This document shows, piece by piece, positions 22,410 to 35,439 of a DNA stretch of 35,439 nt. The notes below the pieces were generated by a model. It was not told the origin of the DNA. It saw only the letters and a list, made by a program, of their open reading frames with translations, and made no database searches. Source of the DNA: Octopus bimaculoides (Eukaryota); contig NC_068989.1 in the NCBI RefSeq assembly GCF_001194135.2, forward strand, positions 61,975,599-62,011,037, given 5' to 3'. The translations under genes and the position numbers were made by a program. Every line of letters starts with the position of its first letter. Positions within the stretch are counted from its first letter, which is position 1.

Positions 22410-22660
22410 AATGCTGAAGAGGAACACACGAGTTGATATATACGGAAAAAAAGGTCAAGGTAGAAAATGGTAACATAATTTTTAAAAAAATAAATTCATT
22501 ACTGGTTTCAGTCATTGAGACATTTTCAAATGTAAGTATGGAAAAGAATTAAATTTTGGAAAAATTAAAAGAACAGTTTTCTAAAAGAATGTTTGCATAG
22601 TATTGAAATGCAAGGGGCATTTTCCTTTTTTTTGCCTCTCTGTCTCTCTTGTTTACTGTT

Positions 22661-22768
22661 NNNNNNNNNNNNNNNNNNNNNNNNNNNNNNNNNNNNNNNN
22701 NNNNNNNNNNNNNNNNNNNNNNNNNNNNNNNNNNNNNNNNNNNNNNNNNNNNNNNNNNNNNNNNNNNN
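22661..22768. other. Assembly gap next to (AT)n
   Basis: Run of N. Confidence 0.99.
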
Positions 22769-22804
<36 letters not shown>

Positions 22805-23131
22805 GTATAGTGGTTGAATGTGGGTTTTTCCTTTAATTGGAGGTTTCCCAAAAAGATTTCTGTTGTTGGTTCTTCATACTTTCTGGGAGTTTATAGGCGT
22901 AAATTTGCGAAGATATGAAGGTAGTACTTGTATATAACGTATGGCGAATTTGTGGAAGGAATTTCCATAAATCCAATCAATTTTGTTAAAGATGTAGGAG
23001 GCAAGTTGTTAAAATATATAAAGGAAGTTAAAATTTCATATATACTTTAACACATTATCTCCATTTTTTTTAGCAAAATTGGTCGGATTTATGCTAATTC
23101 ATTCCATAGATTATCCATACATCATATACAA

Positions 23132-23133
<2 letters not shown>

Positions 23134-23183
<50 letters not shown>
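23134..23183. repeat. (AT)n microsatellite
   Basis: Direct reading. Confidence 0.95.
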
Positions 23184-23187
<4 letters not shown>

Positions 23188-23509
23188 GTGCCTGTATGTG
23201 TGTGCGTTTATTTACATACATATATTTATGTATATATGCATATATGTATATATAGATGCATTTACATATATACACTTACATATATATCCGAATATGCACC
23301 ATTCTATATATATAACAATGAATGCAATTCCCTTTCAATGTAATTTTCACTCATTACGTTTTGCAATTTTTACAATTTTATAGTTTTACAGTATTTAAAC
23401 AAACTAGTACTTTTTTTCGTAAAGCAATCGTGAGGTTTATGTAGTTGCAGTCCTGTTCCAAACTGACAACTGAATTCATATATAAATACGTATATGCAAA
23501 AACACATAC

Positions 23510-23512
<3 letters not shown>

Positions 23513-23578
<66 letters not shown>
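23513..23578. repeat. (AT)n microsatellite
   Basis: Direct reading. Confidence 0.95.
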
Positions 23579-23580
<2 letters not shown>

Positions 23581-24487
23581 CCAAGAAATTTAGGGGTTGT
23601 GAATCCAACCCACTAAGGGATAATATCTATCAAATGTACTGCCCCAAAGATACCCAATTACTATTACACTAGAGTTTTTACCGAGTGCAATAAATGGGTG
23701 CGGGTAAAAAGAAATTTAACCCTTAATTTATAAAGCAATAAGAAAATGGAGGGTAATATGTGATTCTCATCAACTTGCAGACGTTGCATTATGTCAATTT
23801 ACCTGTTTATTTTTCAACTAAGAGGACAGGACAATAACAACAATATACAAACACATATGATATATTATATCATATCAGTAATAAAAAATTTATTATTATG
23901 TGTTTGTATATTATTTTTATTGTCTTGTACTCTTAGTTGAAAAATAAACAGGTAAATTGATATAATATAATGTCTTTTATTATTGCTTTATATATATATA
24001 TATATATATAGTGAGTGAGTGGGCGAATGAATGAAAGAGAGATGGATACAATGTTGCAAATGAACAAATAATACCGCTTGGGTTTGATATTAAAATATAT
24101 ATACTTATATAGATGTGAATAGAAAAAGATTTTCTTCATATATTTTGTAACAACGTTATTTGCTTTTGTGCGTCACTGTCTCCATATCTCCTCAACTAGG
24201 TCCCTGCTATAGCCAAACTTTACTTTGCGGACCTGGTCCTCTTTAAAGGTTTCGGAGTGTATCTTCAAATCATTTCAGTGCTGCAAAGCTATTTCTATAT
24301 TTGGAATCGCTGGACCTTATCTCTTTACACTCACTCTCTCCCACCCTCTCTCACTATCTATCTATCCGTTTGTCTATTTAGCTACACAAGCACGCACACA
24401 TGCACATACGCACGTATAAACGCATGCACACACACATACACAAACAAACAAACACACACTTTCACACACACATATATAGGCATATTT

Positions 24488-24815
24488 GTGTGTTAAGAAG
24501 CTTGATTCTGAACCATATGGTTCGGGGTTTAGCTCCACTGCGTGCTAACTTGGGCAAATATCTTCTACTACGTTCTCAAGCCGAACAAAAACTTGCGATT
24601 GTATTTGATATATGGAAACTCAAAGAATCCCATTGTACATATACATATATGTGTGTGTGTTTTTTTTATACCCCATCATCTCTTGACAACCCATGTTTGT
24701 GTGTTTATGTCCCCGTTAGCAAGCGGTCCAACGAAAGAGATTGATAAAAGAACTACTAGACTTACAAAGAATAAGTCTTGGGGTTGATTTGTTCGATTAA
24801 AATTCCTCTAAGCTG
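24488..24815 (+). mobile_element. Near full-length SINE family B
   Basis: Head gttaagaagcttgattctgaaccatatggttcggggtttagctccactgcgtg..tcttctacta, a short (AT)(GT) tract, then cttgacaacc..gtgtgtttatgtccccgt..cttacaaagaataagtcttggggttgatttgttcga. Confidence 0.8.
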
Positions 24816-24999
24816 TTTTCTGAATCATGTAAAAGAATAAAATAATAGATGTGTGTTTGTCTGTGTATCTCTGTGTGCGTGTGGATGTGTATGTATGTGT
24901 GTGTGTGTGTGATGATGTGTATGTGTGTTTTTCGACTAAAGCCTTTCACGTGGTACCACAAGATGTCTGGACTCTATTGATTGGTACAAGTAAATAGAA

Positions 25000-27300
25000 C
25001 ATGTCAAAGAAGGAGTCTCGATATTATTTTTATACATTAGGCATGATATTGAGTAAGACGAAGCAAATAATACGATGATAAACATTAAATGTTTCATAAT
25101 TCACGCTCAATCAAAAATTGTTCTACTAATCATGTGCCGCATGATAATCAATATAAGAAGTTCATCACAAAATATATTGTACATACTAATCCACATACCA
25201 ATCCACACAAGCGAACATGATCGATATAGATTAAATTCAGCTCGAATAACAAAACACCTATGATACATAGCGTTTACCTAATAAAATTATACAAACCATT
25301 TTAGCATAATTGAAACCCGATATTAGCACACGGAGCCGTTCTTGACCACTAACACATACACCTTCGTCAATTAATATAATAAAAAAACGTGCTACAAGCG
25401 TATTGTCAGTAAAATAAAAAAAAAGATAGCAAAAGCAAAAAGGAACAGCATTAGATATAAGAGTTAGTCTAATGACCGATAAAAAAAAAGACATTTCATT
25501 AGATACTGCACTCTTGATAATGGAAACACGCTACGTAAATAAAGTCGCTTCAATACTTCCGAGTTATATCAACCATGTCATGTCAACATCGAAAATAACC
25601 TATATCTACAAAGTAAAGAGAACATATTTAAAGGCTGCCCTAATGGCTATAAATTGTTTAGACACACTATAAACTATTTCCTGTATATTGATATTACTAA
25701 ATATTTACAAGTGTCAATACACAGATGTACGAAAAAGAAATTGTTCCAAACCCAACAACGAATGCGAATATGGAATTAGAGAAATGTGTAAAGCTATGTT
25801 AAAAAGAGTAAAAGCAAAAACTGTTAAAATTGAGGATTATAAATAGGAGTATATACAAAAGGACGTATTTATACTAGAAATATAGACTAAAATTTAGTAA
25901 ATGAAATAGATCGAATTCTACACACCCGAAAAAAGATATGAACATTTTGCCGCAGGATGGACAGACAGATACTAGAAATAAGATAATAGGTATAAATACA
26001 TACCACATCTCAGTTAAGAATATAAGCTCCAAATGAATAAACAGGGCCCCATGTGTAACGTACCTTCAGAAACTATGAATACAAATTCAAAGCTGCCCCC
26101 AACCAAAGATGATATAAATAAAATATAGCTAGTTAAGAGGAAAATATGAGAAGTACAGTTTAATGCTAAAAGTTTAATATTATAATACGACAATAGCTGG
26201 ATTACAAAAAATACTTAGAAACAAAGAAAATCGATATGCATTTAATCACATTATAAATAAATTATTTAATAACAATCAAAATTTAACAAAAATGAAAGAA
26301 AAGCTTTGACTTAAAAATCGAAGGATAATGTTAAAAAAATAAAATAAAATTCTAAATAAATGTTTAAATGATATTAACGAAAATAAGTGAAAACTACTCC
26401 GAGGCCAATAGGCTGCAAGTCACGACAGAAATACTCTTAGCGAGAAATGATGTTAGCAAGAACGAAAACAAGCCAGCGGTAAATTAAGAGCTTTGGGCGA
26501 AAAACAGAGACAAATGATCTGAAAGTAGATGCAGAGACGATATGCAGAGATAATTGCGAACTTACAAAAATTAATAAATTAAAAGATAAATAGAATGAAG
26601 TTGATAGAAGCGGTTCAATGAACCGAATGGTCATATATTTCAAGGCAATAAATGGCTTGGAATGGCTAAATAAATTGCCTGACAAGCTCCAGTAATCCCA
26701 AACGCCATATTCCACAATATATGAATAAATAGCTAAAACAAGAGATGAAAAGCAAAGCAGAATATAAGTAAAAATGTACCAATTGTTACAAGATAATAGC
26801 CGTAACCATGTTGGGGCAGGTTGTCAAAATTATGACGGTCATAAATGTACAAAATCCATATGTATTAGTTGAGAACTCTAAGGAAAATATCGGCTTTCTT
26901 ATATATGCCCTTTTATTCTTATGCCCGGAATACAAATGTGCAAGAAAATTGTTACCAGAATAGAATCTTGGAATTGATATAAACAAGACATTGGATATTA
27001 TAGTAAAAACAATACAAAATATATTTTCAGCGCTGGATGTTATAAAAAGTTACTTGAGAACAAGAATAAATACATACAGTATAGTACATTTTATGCAAAC
27101 AAAAGAGTGTCAATTGCACTAACAAAACGTGGGTTGGATGATCTGGGATGAATTTACCAATGGGTATAATAAATGTAAATAATCTACTGCCCCTGTCATA
27201 CCCACCTCACAACCCACACTCCCATATTCATTAGCCAATTTTCACTCTATGATATATATAACAAAAGTGCGTCTTTATATTCCTTAAATATCATTAATGT
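25000..27300 (+). other. A-rich, microsatellite-free, heavily decayed coding-like relic of unknown origin
   Basis: Strong A skew on the + strand with several stop-poor frame segments, e.g. 78 open codons at 25543-25776. No diagnostic motif confidently recognised. Confidence 0.3.
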
Positions 27301-27525
27301 TTTCCCAACTCTCAACCTAATTCGGCATTACATTCCTCTAAAGAAAATTTTCCCCTCTACTATTGCCTCTGCTTTCAACTAACCACATCGCAACGCAGTA
27401 TCCGTACTCATAATTACAGCGAATATGAATATGAGGAGACGTGACAAGATCAACAACGAAAATAAGAAAAAATAGGAAGATGATGAACAGGAAGAAGGAA
27501 ATGAAAAACAACAGCAATGCCTTGA

Positions 27526-27527
27526 TG

Positions 27528-27616
<89 letters not shown>
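27526..27616 (+). repeat. (AAT)n microsatellite, left flank of the LINE
   Basis: About 30 uninterrupted AAT units. Confidence 0.97.
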
Positions 27617-27617
<1 letters not shown>

Positions 27618-29045
27618 TGTGCTGAAATCAGAATGGCGTTCGGACTAAGAAAGTGTGGTGCGTTAGTCTTGAAGAGAGGCAAAATCAAATGTATGGACGG
27701 ACTAACGATACCGTCGGGGGAGGTTATGAAGCTGATAGAAGAGACAGGCTATAAGTACTTGAGGATTTGGGAAATGGATAAATTAATGGAGAAAGAAATG
27801 ACAGAAAAATTTAAGGTGGAGTACTTGTGCAGACTGAGACTGTTACTTAAGTCGAAATTGAATGGACGGAATAAGATCGAAGCCATCAACACCTGAGCAG
27901 TTTCACTCCTTAGATATGGAGTAGGGGTAATCGCATGGACAGTAGACGAACTAAACAGCTTAGACAGAAAGACAGCGAAGTTGCTAACTAGATATGGGTC
28001 ACTCCACCCAAAAAGTGACACAGACAGAATGTATGTACCAAGAAAAAGAGGGGGAAGAGGACTTATTGGATGCGAACACAGCATTAGAGCAGAAGAAAAA
28101 ACATAGCATGGTATGTAAAAATACCAGTGCCGCTATTATCAGAAGTAAGAAGGTCAGGCATGTGTACGATGAAAGAGTTCAAGAAATTAAAAATGAATGA
28201 AACTGAAGATAGGTGGGTAAAGAAAAAAATGCATGGAAAATTTCATAGGGATGTTGAAGATAAGACAGACAGAGAAAAAGATAGCTGTAGATGACTAAAA
28301 GTGATTTAAAACCGGAAACACAGGCTCTAATCTGTGCTGCCCAAGAGCAAGCGATAAGAACAAACTACATAAAATACAGAATAGACAACACAACAGAAAG
28401 TGATAAATGCAGAATTTTGAGGAAAATATGCCATACGGTTAAGCCGTATGGCATATTACCAGCCAATGTACGCCACTAGCCCATAAGGAATATAAGAGAC
28501 GCCACGACAATTTAACCAGGCTTGTCCATTGGACACTTTGCGACAAACATGTACATGACATAGAAAAATCGGTACGACCCACACCTGAAGTCATTGTCGA
28601 AAATAGAAATGCAAGATCCTATCTTTGATAACCATAAGATAAAGAATAGGAAGACGGACATAGTCTTAATTGAGAAAGAAAACAAACTATGCTGGATCAT
28701 AGACATAGCATGCCCAACTGACAACAACGTATACGATCAGGAAGAAAGAATTGTCGTGAGACATAACAGGTTAGCTTGCTAAGTTATGCAGCTGTGGTCG
28801 ATGAAAAGGGTAGCAATAGTAACAATAATTGTCGGAGCCCTGGGTACAGCGAGCAAATATCTTGAAAAATACGTGGAACAAATAGAGGCTGCAATAAGTG
28901 TGGAGCACTTGCAAAAATCAGCACTGCTTGGAACCACTCGAATACTGCGGAAGGTGTTCGAAAAATGAGAAGTGTTACCTTAGTTCGCTGGTAGTGAACA
29001 GCTGACAATCTAGTACATCCCCAGCGTTAGAAGCTGTGCAAAGTC
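27617..29045 (+). mobile_element. 5'-truncated R4/Dong-clade non-LTR retrotransposon (RT C-terminus, CCHC finger, restriction-like endonuclease) inserted in (AAT)n
   Basis: The relic peptides are listed in the next feature. A short 3' UTR (28969-29045) runs directly into (AAT)n, and the 5' truncation point also abuts (AAT)n. Confidence 0.9.
27621..28968 (+). pseudogene. Disrupted RT/REL-endonuclease ORF of the R4/Dong element
   Basis: Reads EIRMAFGLRKC..LKRGK..YKYL..RLRLLLKSKLNGRNKIEAINT*AVSLLRYG..LHPKSDTDRMYVPRKRGGRGLI / MHGKF / LKPETQALICAAQEQAIRTNY..KCRI / WHITSQCTPLAHKEYKRRHDN..VHW / RKTDIV..CWIIDIACP / IIVGALG..LQKSALLGTTRILRKV*, with several frameshifts and stops. Confidence 0.9.
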
Positions 29046-29100
29046 AATAATAATAATAATAATGATAATAATAGTAATAATAGTAATAATAATAATAATA
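29046..29100 (+). repeat. Imperfect (AAT)n, right flank or tail of the LINE
   Basis: AAT units with occasional GAT/AGT variants. Confidence 0.95.
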
Positions 29101-31096
29101 TTTCACATTAACGTTTGCTAACAAATTAGACAGCAGACATTTATTAAGGTCAATCCATGTAAACAAGTCGAAATTTTCATTGTGTAGCATTGACGCATGA
29201 AAGTCGTATATTCACATCTAAGAAAATCAACTATTTCCTAACACGTATCAACATTGGATGTTTTATCTAAAAACGAAAAACAAAACATAATCTAGAAAGT
29301 CTTTCTATTTTATTTGATTTTTTTCCTCACAAACATAAAATGGTGATTTCTAAAGTCACCAAACTCTCGAAAACTAAACCACTGAATGCGCCTAGAGACT
29401 TTGTACAATTGCTTTCTTCGTATCAAATCTCTAAACAGAAAGAACACATACTATGAAAATCAATTAATTATCAGCAAGGTTATTTATAAAATCTAAAAAC
29501 ACAGAGGTTATTGTGATGGACTCTTCTTACGGTAACTGCCAGCAAATTCTTTTGCTAACTATCACGATTGAGATGCAATGATATTTTAAGAAAATGTTGA
29601 TTAGATTGTTTTCTATTACATTTTTAGTGTTGTGGATAAAGTTACTATTATTTCTAATATTTTGTATTGCTTGTTTCTATTTTCTGTTATCTCTTGCTTA
29701 TTTGTTTGTGAATTTTCTGTTGCAGTGTAGAATACACAATGGCGTGCGTGACTCTTTTCAAATCTTGGCTATTATTAACACTCCATAACTCGATACTATC
29801 TTGTAGTAAAGTACAGAGTTATGTCTACTTAATATAGTGTCTTTCCTGAATGCATTATACATTTTATCAACGTCTAGAAATGCTTCAATAGATATTACTT
29901 AATGGACAACATTGATATAAGATTTCTGGCTTTTCCTTAATTTAGGAATGTGTTTGTAACAATTAGTTTGTATGGAAAAAGTTTAAAAGATAAATAAAAG
30001 AAATACTGCTTTTCGTTCAACATTCCAAAATTTACATCATATGTACTTGTATAAAAAATACATTCCATAGACGTTTATTTACACCTGCTCCGCATTCAAC
30101 ATATGCAAATGTATGTGTTATTCTCAAAATCAGCCACTGACAATATATCACCTAATAACTATGAGTTGAACGCTGGTAGTATTAATAATAATATAAATAA
30201 TTAATTAAATAATATCACTATTGGTTGTACGAAAGATTGAAATATATTTTGGCTTCTTGTTAGTTGCCTACGAATTTAAAGTAAACTGAAGATATTCAAC
30301 TAAAGAAGTTGTCAAGAAATACGGCGTCAAGTTCTGATTTTTAAATCTACTGCAAATTTCACGAAGGTAATATTTTCTTTATGAACAAAGCTTCGGAAAT
30401 AAATGTAGTTTAGCAAATCTATACACAAAGCGACCGCCGTGATAGCATCTTGTCTCCGGGAGCAGTAGTTTTTTTCATCCTTCTTACATTGCCAGAAGTG
30501 CACGAAAGATTTAATCATTTATATTAGAGAAAATGAAGTATAATGAAAAATATATTACAAATTTAATTATGTTCCAGGTAGTAATACTTAACTTTTGCCA
30601 GTTAATAAAATTTTACAATATTACTGCTACCAATTCGCGCACTGCTTAAGAAAATAAATGTATTATTCCTTCAATAATTACATAATTAGAATTATTAATC
30701 ACATGCTGAGCAGCGAAATGACTCCGTAGTGTATGGAGAAGATTCACACTAAAGCATATTGAGCAAGCGTTTTATAGTAGGACACACATCTCCTCTGCTA
30801 CAAGGTATTGAAAGCTTTAGAAATTAATGTTTACATCTGCTAGTGAATTTGAAACAGTATACTTACTCGTGCCCCATTCTCGAGATTGAGATCTTCGAAA
30901 TGATTTTATCAATTATTTTAGCGTTATGTCTCTAAAATAGTATGTTTAATAGCGCACGCAAAGAAACACAGATACACACACGCACGCGCGCGCACGTGGC
31001 ACACGCTCATACAGACACACGCATACACTCACACAAAAGTACACACGGACATATATATGCATATATGCATACATATATTTATATATGTATATAGAT

Positions 31097-31100
<4 letters not shown>

Positions 31101-31147
<47 letters not shown>
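31101..31147. repeat. (AG)n microsatellite
   Basis: Direct reading. Confidence 0.95.
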
Positions 31148-31170
<23 letters not shown>

Positions 31171-33881
31171 TCATGTCACGTGGGTTTGATTTTAAAACGG
31201 ACTTCATCATGTTTAATGTATATTCCAAGGACACAAGGCTTGAAATCTTAATGGTTGAGATCACATGATTTCAACTCAGAATATAAAGTGCCGAAGCTGG
31301 TATAACTACCACAAAGCATTTTGTAAGCATTATTTTCTAAATAATCTACCACTTTCACTGTATAACCAAAGTAATGGTTTCAGACTTTGGCACAAAACCA
31401 GCAATATTAAAGGGAAGTGTAAGTCAATGACATCGACTCGTGTCCAACCCGTACACGAAACAGTGAAACGGTTAGTTGCCCTCGACGGTATATAAAATGA
31501 GAGGAGTTGTGGCAAATTATGTTTGCAAGATGTTATTGACTTTAAAATGCTGAATGCCATTGTTTTTTAATGCATACCAATTGGATAATTTGTCAGTGAT
31601 GGTTGTACACGTCCGTGAGTCATTTACAGCCACCATGCTTGTGTATATATGTTTGTACTCCTGTGTGTATATGTATATATAAGTGGCATATGGTGGTTGT
31701 TCTATTGAGTGAGTTGCAACAACCAATGACACCAAATTTTAAGCTAGGGTATAAGCAAACTATTCCATTATGAATTTTGATTAAATTAATGAGTGAGGTT
31801 AATATTTATAACGAATTTTCCATTTTCCAAGGGTGTGCAGCACACACCTAGCACACCTGGAATATACACACTTAATATCGAATCTATCCAGTTCCAGAGT
31901 ACTTAAAATGTTTATGAGATAAAATCCCCTGGCGATGTTCCAGTTCTAAACGCAGACAAATAATTACACACTCTACTCAGATTTAATTATTTATGTCTAC
32001 GAAAATGAGAACTAGATATATTTTGAAATCCTGTAAAACAGCATAGCATATATAAGCACGAAATGTGTTAATACCAACAAAGATGAAAATGTTATTTAGG
32101 CATCTAAACATAGTATTTATATAACAAACAGTTAGTTGTTTGCTTAAAACAATGTTTTATATATATAAACCATGTAAAGACATACTAAATAAAGAAAAAA
32201 AATTCGTGATTGAAGAAGTGATATAAATATCACACAGGTTAATTATCGCGCAGGTATATATTTACGTATAGCATCTATCTATTCATTTCGCTCCATAGCA
32301 TCTGTAACGTAAATAGTACTAGATTTGTTTTCATAATAGTTACGTCTGCCAGTCACAGTTATACTAATTATAAAGCTCAGTCATTTATAAGTCATAGAGT
32401 TTGGGAAAATATTTCACCATAAATGTCAATGATGTCTATATTAATATTCGTGTTAGAATATATACTACTAAGTCACTTAAGTAAATGAACAATCACCACT
32501 TCCGTAAGGATCGAAGATAATGATCTGTTTGATGTTCTAATTAGGAATGCATTATTAATAACAAACAATGAAATTTTGCAGCAAGCAATACTTCGGAAAA
32601 AATCAAATTCCTTAAATATAGGTATGTTAAGCCTTATGAGTGGCGAATATGCAGTTAGATTTTGGAATCCTTTCATGAATTTAATTTCAAAACCACCTCT
32701 GGAAGTAGTATAAGTATTATAAACTTACAATTGATCCGAAATATATCGACTGTTCAAGCCTACAAAATCCCGGAAGTCGAATTATATTTCGTCAACACCT
32801 GCAACAATTATAACGATGCAATCATGGAAATCCTATCAAGTAGCACTGACACTTACATATCTTCAGATATTTGCTCTTAAACTTACACCTCACCTTAGTA
32901 TTCACATAATAGCATGTTTCACAAGCATCATATACATGAAGAAAATTAGTAAATGAATTAACTGCTTAGCTTAGCTAATTATTAATCGTTGTCTGTTACA
33001 GGGGGCAACTTAATGTTACACCAATGGGAATCAATCAGATTCAGTTTATGATGCATCATTTGTATCATAAGCCAAAAGTGTTAAGCCAACACCAATAAGA
33101 CTGTATACATTGTACGAGAAAAATGTAACTCAACCATTTCATAGAGTGTAAATGAGATGCTGCTCAATTTATATATCGTTAATTATAGACTGTTATTAAT
33201 AAAAGAAAAAAAAACGAGAAATATATTCATGAAGACAAACATGCTCACAAGAAAGGGATTTAATGAAGACACACCTGATGGTATTTAACAATTGATATCG
33301 CAGTCATAACTGAAGATTTATCGACTGGCTGACTTATTGGTCACTGCAAGCTGGCTCAATTTTTACTTCAATCCTTGATGAGTATATTTACCAGATATAC
33401 TGATATATTATCGTAGGTTTAGCAATCTGACGCCTCAGAGAATTGCATGCATAGTAACAACATTTCATTTATATCAATACCTCTTTTGAAGAAATGTTTA
33501 CATCATTACAAATTGTCTCAGGTTTCATTGAGAGTAAGATATCGATAAATGATTATGATTTTACAGAGGAATATCTTTATTTAGTAAGTGATTAAGCTTT
33601 CATTCAGTAACGACAAGATCAACACCTGCTAGCGATGATATTAATGTAAAGGGTTTCGTGTCTATTGAAGATGTAGTTTTTAAATCTTCTTTTCTTGGGA
33701 ACAGCTGCTAAGACACACAAATACGTAATTCATCTTAAATTTCTTCAAGAATCTATAGACACTATCTAGTTGACTAGTTACCGCGATGGATTTATATATA
33801 CATATTTCTTTCTATATATAATATCGGATTTGCACAGAACTATATCCGTGTCCTTATACATAAAAGATGCATGCATGATGA

Positions 33882-33883
<2 letters not shown>

Positions 33884-33936
<53 letters not shown>
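33884..33936. repeat. (AT)n microsatellite
   Basis: Direct reading. Confidence 0.95.
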
Positions 33937-33941
<5 letters not shown>

Positions 33942-35072
33942 GCATACACACACACAGAAATATACATAGATATGAATAGTGTATATGCGGACGTATTTAT
34001 GTATGTCTATGTGTGTGTTTATATATAATGCATAAGTACTGCTAGATGACGTGGAGAAGAGACAATTAGTGACAGTGCGAGGTACGGTAGGTGTTGTGAA
34101 AAGAGAGAATAAAACTATGTAAGAAAAAAAGAGGTTTTTAGATTTTTAACGGAAGCAAGAAAGAGTATTGATTTCATTGATTAATTGCCTTGTATGTTTG
34201 GTCATGCTGCCCTTCAGTGACAGCTGCTTGCTCTATTCACAAACAATAGCAGCTAGTAAGTATTTTCAAATTCCGAATAAATGGTCATTTGTTTTAGTTG
34301 TAATAAACACAGAACCGTTATAAATTACAGAGACAAACGTTATTTAAAGACATTATGTATTTTACTGCAATGACGGATCTCCGTTAATGTTGTTAGTTAG
34401 TCGTTCACTTGTAGGTTACGCAAATTAGGTTTCTTCTGACTTAACCTGCATGTGGTAGTGTATTCCACAGGCATTTACCCCATTAGGCAATTTACCTCCT
34501 TAGGTAATTGTCAGGCAAGTGAGCGTGGAACGAGCTGTGGCAGGTTTGTAAATATTGGATTCCAAATACATTTCCCATGACCGATTGGCCAGTTTCAGAA
34601 TTAATCAATGGTTCTTCTCCTAGCAATGGAAAATAGAATTTGGTCATGATGCAGTGGGATAGGATCTGGGATCACGTGGATGGAAAAACAAATTCTTAAC
34701 CGTTTTGCCTAAGGCATGCGGCAGCTGTGGATCTCAAGTAAAATCAGCATGCAGTTCATATAGCTCTTCTGTCCCTTTATGATTAGAAAATATAATAGTA
34801 CTAGCACTGTGACTGCATGATTTGTTACGGACTTGTGTAGGGATATAATTAACACACAGTAATATTAACAATAGATCATGAATGTTTCATTCGTAATCAT
34901 AATGTATGTCACGTGAAACGAGAGCAATAACGTCATACATAAGTGTACATTTAATATTTTTTTCTCGTGACCTTATACCACTGTATGCAATTAACAACAA
35001 TTAAAACCGACTTAATTGATGTAATGAAGAAATCGATCCTACAAGTTACATCTATTCAAACGTCATTCATGC

Positions 35073-35103
<31 letters not shown>

Positions 35104-35164
35104 AGCAATGTTAATTCTCTAAATGAAGTATTAACAGTAACTGCACGATAAAGTGTAGTATATT

Positions 35165-35439
35165 GCCACTTAAGTGTGGCTGACCCCTAGGGGTGGATGT
35201 TACTGTTGCTTTTAACCCCAGGAGGACATCTCCTCCAGCTGGCTTATCGACACACGACTGTGTCCTGTTTGCCAAGGGAGTTATCCCTCTCACCTCGACC
35301 AGCAGCACGAACGTATCCGGATTTCAGGGTTATTTCCCTTCGTCGGCGTTCGACAGCTGATGACCTTGGTGAGAGAGACAAAAACCTGGCAAACCTTATA
35401 TCTTCTTTTCCAGTGAGATTCTTCACTGATATTGAAAAG
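35165..35439 (-). mobile_element. Probable 3' end of an interspersed repeat (LINE-like), running off the window edge
   Basis: Abrupt rise in GC (gctgacccctaggggtggatg..ccccaggaggacatctcctccagctggct..). It resembles an octopus repeat from memory only; the class is not established. Confidence 0.35.

Noticed and set aside
22801-23130. Possible Penelope GIY-YIG C-terminal remnant (..KEKPTFN on the minus strand) between (AT)n tracts
   Set aside because: The similarity rests on a few residues across frameshifts and is not supportable without a search.
27441-27896. 151-aa ORF with a poly-Ile tract
   Set aside because: A chance fusion of flanking DNA, the (AAT)n repeat and the truncated LINE RT frame.
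30867-30931. Minus-strand 65-nt exon candidate (RHNAKIIDKIISKISISRMGH, GA|GTAAGT, phase 2)
   Set aside because: The phase is compatible, but the acceptor is weak, there is no signal-peptide character and there is no recognisable homology.
1089-33979. ORF-track peptides rich in YI, HT, CV, ER or poly-I
   Set aside because: They are translations of (AT)n, (CA)n, (AG)n and (AAT)n microsatellites or N gaps, not genes.
1-35439. CRISPR arrays, rRNA, genuine tRNA genes, prokaryotic operons
   Set aside because: None seen. The tRNA-like A/B boxes all belong to SINE heads and do not form complete cloverleaves.

Overview
AT-rich, microsatellite-dense eukaryotic DNA with two assembly gaps. The repeat landscape looks like a coleoid cephalopod (octopus-like); this is pattern recognition, not a database result. 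Most ORF-track entries are artefacts of (AT)n, (CA)n, (AG)n or (AAT)n tracts. The host coding signal is a 98-nt spliced exon on the minus strand (3000..2903). It encodes the N-terminal helix and YxKxxRPxxG motif of a pentameric Cys-loop ligand-gated ion channel, with the intron phases of GABA-A/glycine receptor exon 2. The best-fitting signal-peptide exon (4751..4705, minus) reads ATG-TGA-CTA, placing an in-frame UGA at codon 2 in a known leaky-stop context. It could reflect readthrough, editing, a null allele, an assembly error or coincidence. The rest of the window is mobile DNA: three tRNA-derived SINE families (several with target-site duplications, one nested), a decayed Chapaev3-type DNA transposon with TIRs, a 5'-truncated R4/Dong-type LINE in an (AAT)n tract, a near-perfect 76-bp inverted repeat, a Penelope-like fragment and a ~2.3-kb A-rich coding-like relic of unknown origin.
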